A stretch of DNA of 61,833 nt, filler included, from Nemertoderma westbladi (lineage: Eukaryota > Animalia > Xenacoelomorpha): NCBI GenBank assembly GCA_032718475.1. It is 3 parts of 3 records of this genome, joined end to end, with 100 filler letters (N's around TTAATTAATTAA, not from the genome) between each part and the next. Parts side by side here need not be neighbours in the genome. Positions count along the whole stretch, not along the records: positions 34,946 to 61,833 come from JAUCBJ010003829.1; 2 more parts are not named here. One strand, written 5' to 3'. Position numbers and translations under genes: made by a program. Position 1 is the first letter of the stretch; every line of letters begins with the position of its first letter. Under the pieces are notes generated by a model. That model was not told the origin of the DNA. It saw only the letters and a program-made list of their open reading frames with translations, and ran no database searches. This document shows positions 58,001-61,833 of the stretch, one piece after another.

Positions 58001-59985
58001 GTAAGCCGGGCGTTGGGCAGTCCAACTGCGGGCGATGCGAGGATGGTTACTTCAACCTAACCGCGGACGGGTGCACCCAATGCGGGTGTCACCCAGTCGG
58101 GTCGGTGGACCAGCAGTGCCACGCTGACGGTGTCTGTCGCTGTAAGACGAACGTGTTGGGCGACAAGTGCGACGCATGTCGGGAGAATCGTTACGATTTG
58201 GCGAACGGCTGCGATAAGCAATGCGATGTTTGTTACGATGTGGTTAAGGCGGCTTTCGATAAGCACGAAGACCTACTGGATGCGTTCAAGGCTTATTTCG
58301 ACAATATCGATCCAAACGTTAAAGATAACTTCACTGACATTGAGTTTGAAAAGGAAATCGCCAAGATTAATAAGACTTTGCTGGAGTTACAACTCGATTC
58401 TTTAGTGTTGGATGTAGACAGGGTTGAGCACGATAATCTTACAAAATACTGGTTGGACACTCTGGAGGAATTAAAAGAGAAAGAAGCTAATATCAATATA
58501 TCTGTTGAAAACATTAAGAATTACACTTTGAGTACGAAAAAGTTAGTTTCTATCGCAACGGACGAAGTTGTTACTATTTCTAAACTTGTTGATACCATTG
58601 AAGATAAACTGGACGGTGAAGGTGCTGAGTCATTGGACGAGGCTCACCTAGCCGCCCAGACCCTCGGAGTACAAGCTTCAGAACTCAGTAATAAAAGTAT
58701 ATACGCTAAGACGCAGGCCCTTGCGGTAATGGACAGCGCAGACGATATACTGAAAACCGCAAACCAATCAGTAGAGAAGGCAGATGAAGCCCTTAATTAT
58801 GTTAGAGGATTAGTGGCCGTCGATGTTGGTAGTGTTATTGATAACATGGATGACAACTTCTCCGATCTACAAATTCTAGCTAATGCCACTCGAAAAAACG
58901 CAACCTTGTTATTAGTTGAAGCCAAAGATATAATGGATAAGGCGACAGAATTCTTAGATAGAGTTAAAGGTGATCTGCCTAAGGCCAACCTTACTAATCA
59001 GTTGATAGATGCTGAGGAGATGGAGCGCGATGCCAATGAGATAATTGAACAGGCCAAAGCACTGAATGAATCGTTTTACAATAAATCTGGTGAAAGAATA
59101 GATATTGAATTAATCTACAACATGTTACAAGTTGAATTCGAAAAAGTTCAGGCAAATTTGAGCCGATGGATTGCCATCGCTGATGCGGCGAACGATTCCA
59201 CTGCCAACTCGGTTCGTGAGGCCAACGCTTCCTACAACGAGGCCATCGAGATGTTGAAAATACTTCGCGGATTCGACGACGACGTGAGTAAGAGTGAGAC
59301 CGACGCGGTTAAAGCGATGGAGAAGATCGACAAAATATCCTCGTTGTTGGATGAGATTGAAGATAATTTTCTTGGTATTAAATCTGAATTGGATTACGCG
59401 GGTTCTAACGCTTCTGTTGCCCTCAATTCGAGTCGCGAGGCTTTCAACATCTCAATTAACATGAATTATACTTTAACTATTATTTCGGGTAACTATACCC
59501 GCATATCCGATGACATTACCGTAGCTATTGACATGGCGAATGATTTATTAAAGAATGTTTCGGTGCTTGAGGACGAGACTAATGAACTATTACTCAATGC
59601 TGACGAGGACGGACAGGCAGCTAATGATAGTCTCACTACCGCCATAGAAGCGAATAAGCAAGCATCTGCATTCAATGCCTCGGTTAATGCATTTGATGCA
59701 ACCGTGAAGGACATAGAAAGGACATTGAAAGAACTCCCAGATGTTAACATGGACGAGTTGAACGATCTACAAAAAACGTTAGATGATTTCACCGATAAAT
59801 TACAAAATAGCGGTATTTCCGACGACATTAAACGAATGAAGGACGATATTGAACTGTACGATAAGAAATACATAGACTATAGCAAAGCCATTGAACAAAT
59901 AAAGAAAGACATTGCAAACATTCGTGATATTAAGGAAACTCTTCCAGACCAATGTTATAATCGGTTACAAATAGAACAAGAATAG
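55084..59985 (+). CDS. LAMC1: Laminin gamma chain (gamma-1/LanB2 type), full length, single coding exon
   Basis: Signal peptide, LN domain (TWWQSETM, KFHTSRPES), LE repeats, L4/IV domain (YLGDKRLSYGQ), nidogen-binding loop NIDENAVGNC, long coiled coil and C-terminal CYNRLQIEQE. Confidence 0.96.
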   Translation: MDVLKPTISYWLFAYSIVALTVSVGTQQTDSFKRERVQCYNKVTGLAQKCQPSLVNVVSGRYLDVTNTCGGRGDVGTKYCLQVQSNPLPLRNPGRACHQCYRREHGRQFMTDIDSDSAPTWWQSETMAERIQSIPLNITIDLGRTYYIVYVSIKFHTSRPESMTILRMKNSDSDWTPYQYFSQSCRETFRVPPNQKITKYNIDQVVCTDNEYSLMNPLSGGVVLFNPLTRARSMHEDFDKSDVLHEWVRARQLRFSFNRLHTYGDEVYGDDDVLRTYFYGVRSLMVSAICSCNGHASRCERAGPDALHRCVCEHHTEGDECSACQEGYRDQPWARATDTDAHECLPCRCNGFSRRCEFDAQLHELRGHGSRCVDCEGNRDGEQCEYCKHGFYNSSDVCLPCECDPYGSRGLQCASTTGACDCLPGATGRRCDRCQDGYYGQNEDANGLRVGGCRSCECDNRGAETDECDKGFGQCRCKRLTSGLRCDSCADGTHDLHPDNPYGCVNCFCYGHTDSCTDNNAYVSAKLNLEAGGVDSLEVFEVTEINGEFTGTFIGFESNTFTAPTGNSKAFYFSAPSRYLGDKRLSYGQKLTFQVTLNNGDFFGVHWDVILSDGSRGLVYRVEAPPSEDMRNREASVLLYPEFWSPRVSPLEFQTMLSRLQRLWIRASYGEQATATLSVLELGTATPGAPSSGEGAHWVELCDCPPAYTGAFCERCSTNHYRESEGGPATECLRCECYGHAETCDPTNGRCECAHNTAGAHCDVCAKGFYGDATGGSADDCQPCRCPNNGECVVGSHGGMVCTDCPDGTTGDLCQSCKDGYYRPIGSSTDRPCLKCSCYGNIDENAVGNCDRNTGYCTGKCIYNTDGNHCENCLPGYYGDATAYPKGEQCQPCGCYPPGTRENYYPIGSGSLGQECERFNGECVCHDNVVGRDCSACAEGYFGIDKGSGCTKCDCDTLGSNKTCDINTGDCFCKPGVGQSNCGRCEDGYFNLTADGCTQCGCHPVGSVDQQCHADGVCRCKTNVLGDKCDACRENRYDLANGCDKQCDVCYDVVKAAFDKHEDLLDAFKAYFDNIDPNVKDNFTDIEFEKEIAKINKTLLELQLDSLVLDVDRVEHDNLTKYWLDTLEELKEKEANINISVENIKNYTLSTKKLVSIATDEVVTISKLVDTIEDKLDGEGAESLDEAHLAAQTLGVQASELSNKSIYAKTQALAVMDSADDILKTANQSVEKADEALNYVRGLVAVDVGSVIDNMDDNFSDLQILANATRKNATLLLVEAKDIMDKATEFLDRVKGDLPKANLTNQLIDAEEMERDANEIIEQAKALNESFYNKSGERIDIELIYNMLQVEFEKVQANLSRWIAIADAANDSTANSVREANASYNEAIEMLKILRGFDDDVSKSETDAVKAMEKIDKISSLLDEIEDNFLGIKSELDYAGSNASVALNSSREAFNISINMNYTLTIISGNYTRISDDITVAIDMANDLLKNVSVLEDETNELLLNADEDGQAANDSLTTAIEANKQASAFNASVNAFDATVKDIERTLKELPDVNMDELNDLQKTLDDFTDKLQNSGISDDIKRMKDDIELYDKKYIDYSKAIEQIKKDIANIRDIKETLPDQCYNRLQIEQE

Positions 59986-61833
59986 CTTATTTATTGTGCA
60001 TCTAGTACTTAAGATTTGAGTGCATGTATTTTGTAATAGTTGAAATGGAATCATGACAGTTTCTTGGATTTCACAAGTTACTGATTGATTTATTTTAGTA
60101 AAGAATCTCCAGTTTTTAGTTGTACTAATTATTTTATATGTTTCTGATGATTAAATGTAATTATTTTTTCAAGGCCACTGTATCTAAATATTATACAGTG
60201 TTTTTATTTATATTATTATGTTATGTTTTCCTAAATCTAAAGTTATATAAATCAATTCTTTCTCTAAAACACCTTTCTCAAAAAAGTATTACTAATTGAC
60301 AATTTTCTATTATCAATGACAACGGCGCAGTTCTACACATTTAGAATGTAATCGCTTTCTACTTTTATCGCTGTATCTATAACATAATTAGCACGTAACT
60401 AATTTATATTATGCTACACTCAATTTACATTATATACAAACGCTGAATTGGCTACAGAACAGACACCATGTCCTATAATACTGTGTAGTCTGTAAGTTAA
60501 TTAAAGCCCCCCCCCCCCCCCCCAAATCTCTAAGATAAATTAAAGCCCCCCCCCCCCCCCAAATCTGTAAGATAGTTTTGTGCTTAAATTTTACATCAGT
60601 CGCACCACAGTCCTTTACATTTAAATCTTTTAAATTATTTGTTACGTTTAAATATATATATCTTTTCGTTATTTATTTCTGGAGGTGTGAAGGAGACATC
60701 GCAAAACTCTTACAACTCTATCTCACTTTCTTGAAATGATTCTTAAGGACAGGATTTACATGGTATAAGCTGTTAATTTTACCTGTAAATCTATTTATTG
60801 TGCTTACTTTGTTTAAAATACCGATTGAGCTCTAGTTGGTTGATTTCTGAGTTTAAATTTAATATTTTTATCTTAATAAATTTGTAAGCATAAATGTTTA
60901 AAGACGTGAGTATAATGTGTGCAGATACAAATAAGACATAAACAACCAATAGTGACAGTGCGGTCTTGTCATATTATTTTATAGCGTATTTTATTGTGTT
61001 AGATTGCACGAAGGTAAATTATTTTATCTGCGTGATATAAAACTAAGATTTGTTCCAATCAATAAATAACTCACCAAAATGATAAAGTCGACCAAATACA
61101 GTCATACAGTATGTTATGTTGCACTTTACAGAGTGCTGATTCGAGTGGTTTGTTATTGTTACACGAACGAACGTAGTGAGTGGATACAAATATAGACACG
61201 AGGATCACACACGATGTCAGAAATTATTGGAAATTTTAGCGCTAGGAGATGCATTCCTCATTCCTGTATAGATTACTGAGGTTGCCGTGACAACGCATAG
61301 CATTTAAAGTTTCAGTTTCATTTTAAGTTGCGAGTACTTAAATTTACAGCTTAACCCCTAATGTGTTGTTCTGATTTTGTAATGTGCTACATAACAACTC
61401 TGTTAATACTAGCGGTTTAAGTAAAATGTTGGAATTATAGCATGGTGGGTTGGGCTACCGGTTACATAAGCACTGAATTTTCAATATCTTTAGCTAATCT
61501 TAATGATTTTTACTATCATTTCGCGCAAACGTTTTCCAAATATAGTCGAAATTGACGACCAAAATTGACGGAATTCACAATTACAGTATTAATAGAGTCT
61601 TATGGATCTACAATTTTGGTTGTGCATAATTCGGTGATACGAAATCAATGTTACCCTAAAAGGTTAATATAATTCAATGAAATGGTGGGCTATTTATTTA
61701 GGTCTATCATCTAGTTGATTCGTTGTAATACATTGTTAAACTTTATTTATCATTGTATAGATAGGCGTTCTTGATTACTTGCTTTGTATAACATACCTAT
61801 TTCTAGGTCATATGGCCACAATGAATTATGCCT

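Noticed and set aside
55174-59873. Antisense and alternate-frame ORFs over laminin (likewise over LONP1, Penelope, BEL and RTE)
   Set aside because: Shadow ORFs of long, GC-richer coding frames with no recognisable domains.

Overview
AT-rich animal (metazoan) genomic DNA, not prokaryotic. Three contigs are joined by artificial N-TTAATTAATTAA-N linkers (18415-18514, 34846-34945), so neighbourhood across the linkers means nothing. Host genes: last exon of an ACSF2-like acyl-CoA synthetase, CCSAP, the 3' part of cytoplasmic PABP, guanylate kinase, mitochondrial Lon protease and a full-length laminin gamma chain. The four complete genes, including the 4.9 kb laminin and 2.9 kb Lon ORFs, have no introns in their coding sequence. 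The rest is a dense, nested transposon landscape: an intact Neptune-type Penelope-like element with a minimal hammerhead ribozyme, an internally deleted BEL/Pao element, two LINEs, a CRE-like fragment, many MITEs and several minisatellites. The best candidate for something undescribed is a Gypsy integrase C-terminus carrying an in-frame LEDGF/HDGF-like PWWP chromatin-reader domain where chromoviruses carry a chromodomain (6617-7477, minus strand). All family assignments come from motif recognition by eye; no database searches were run.
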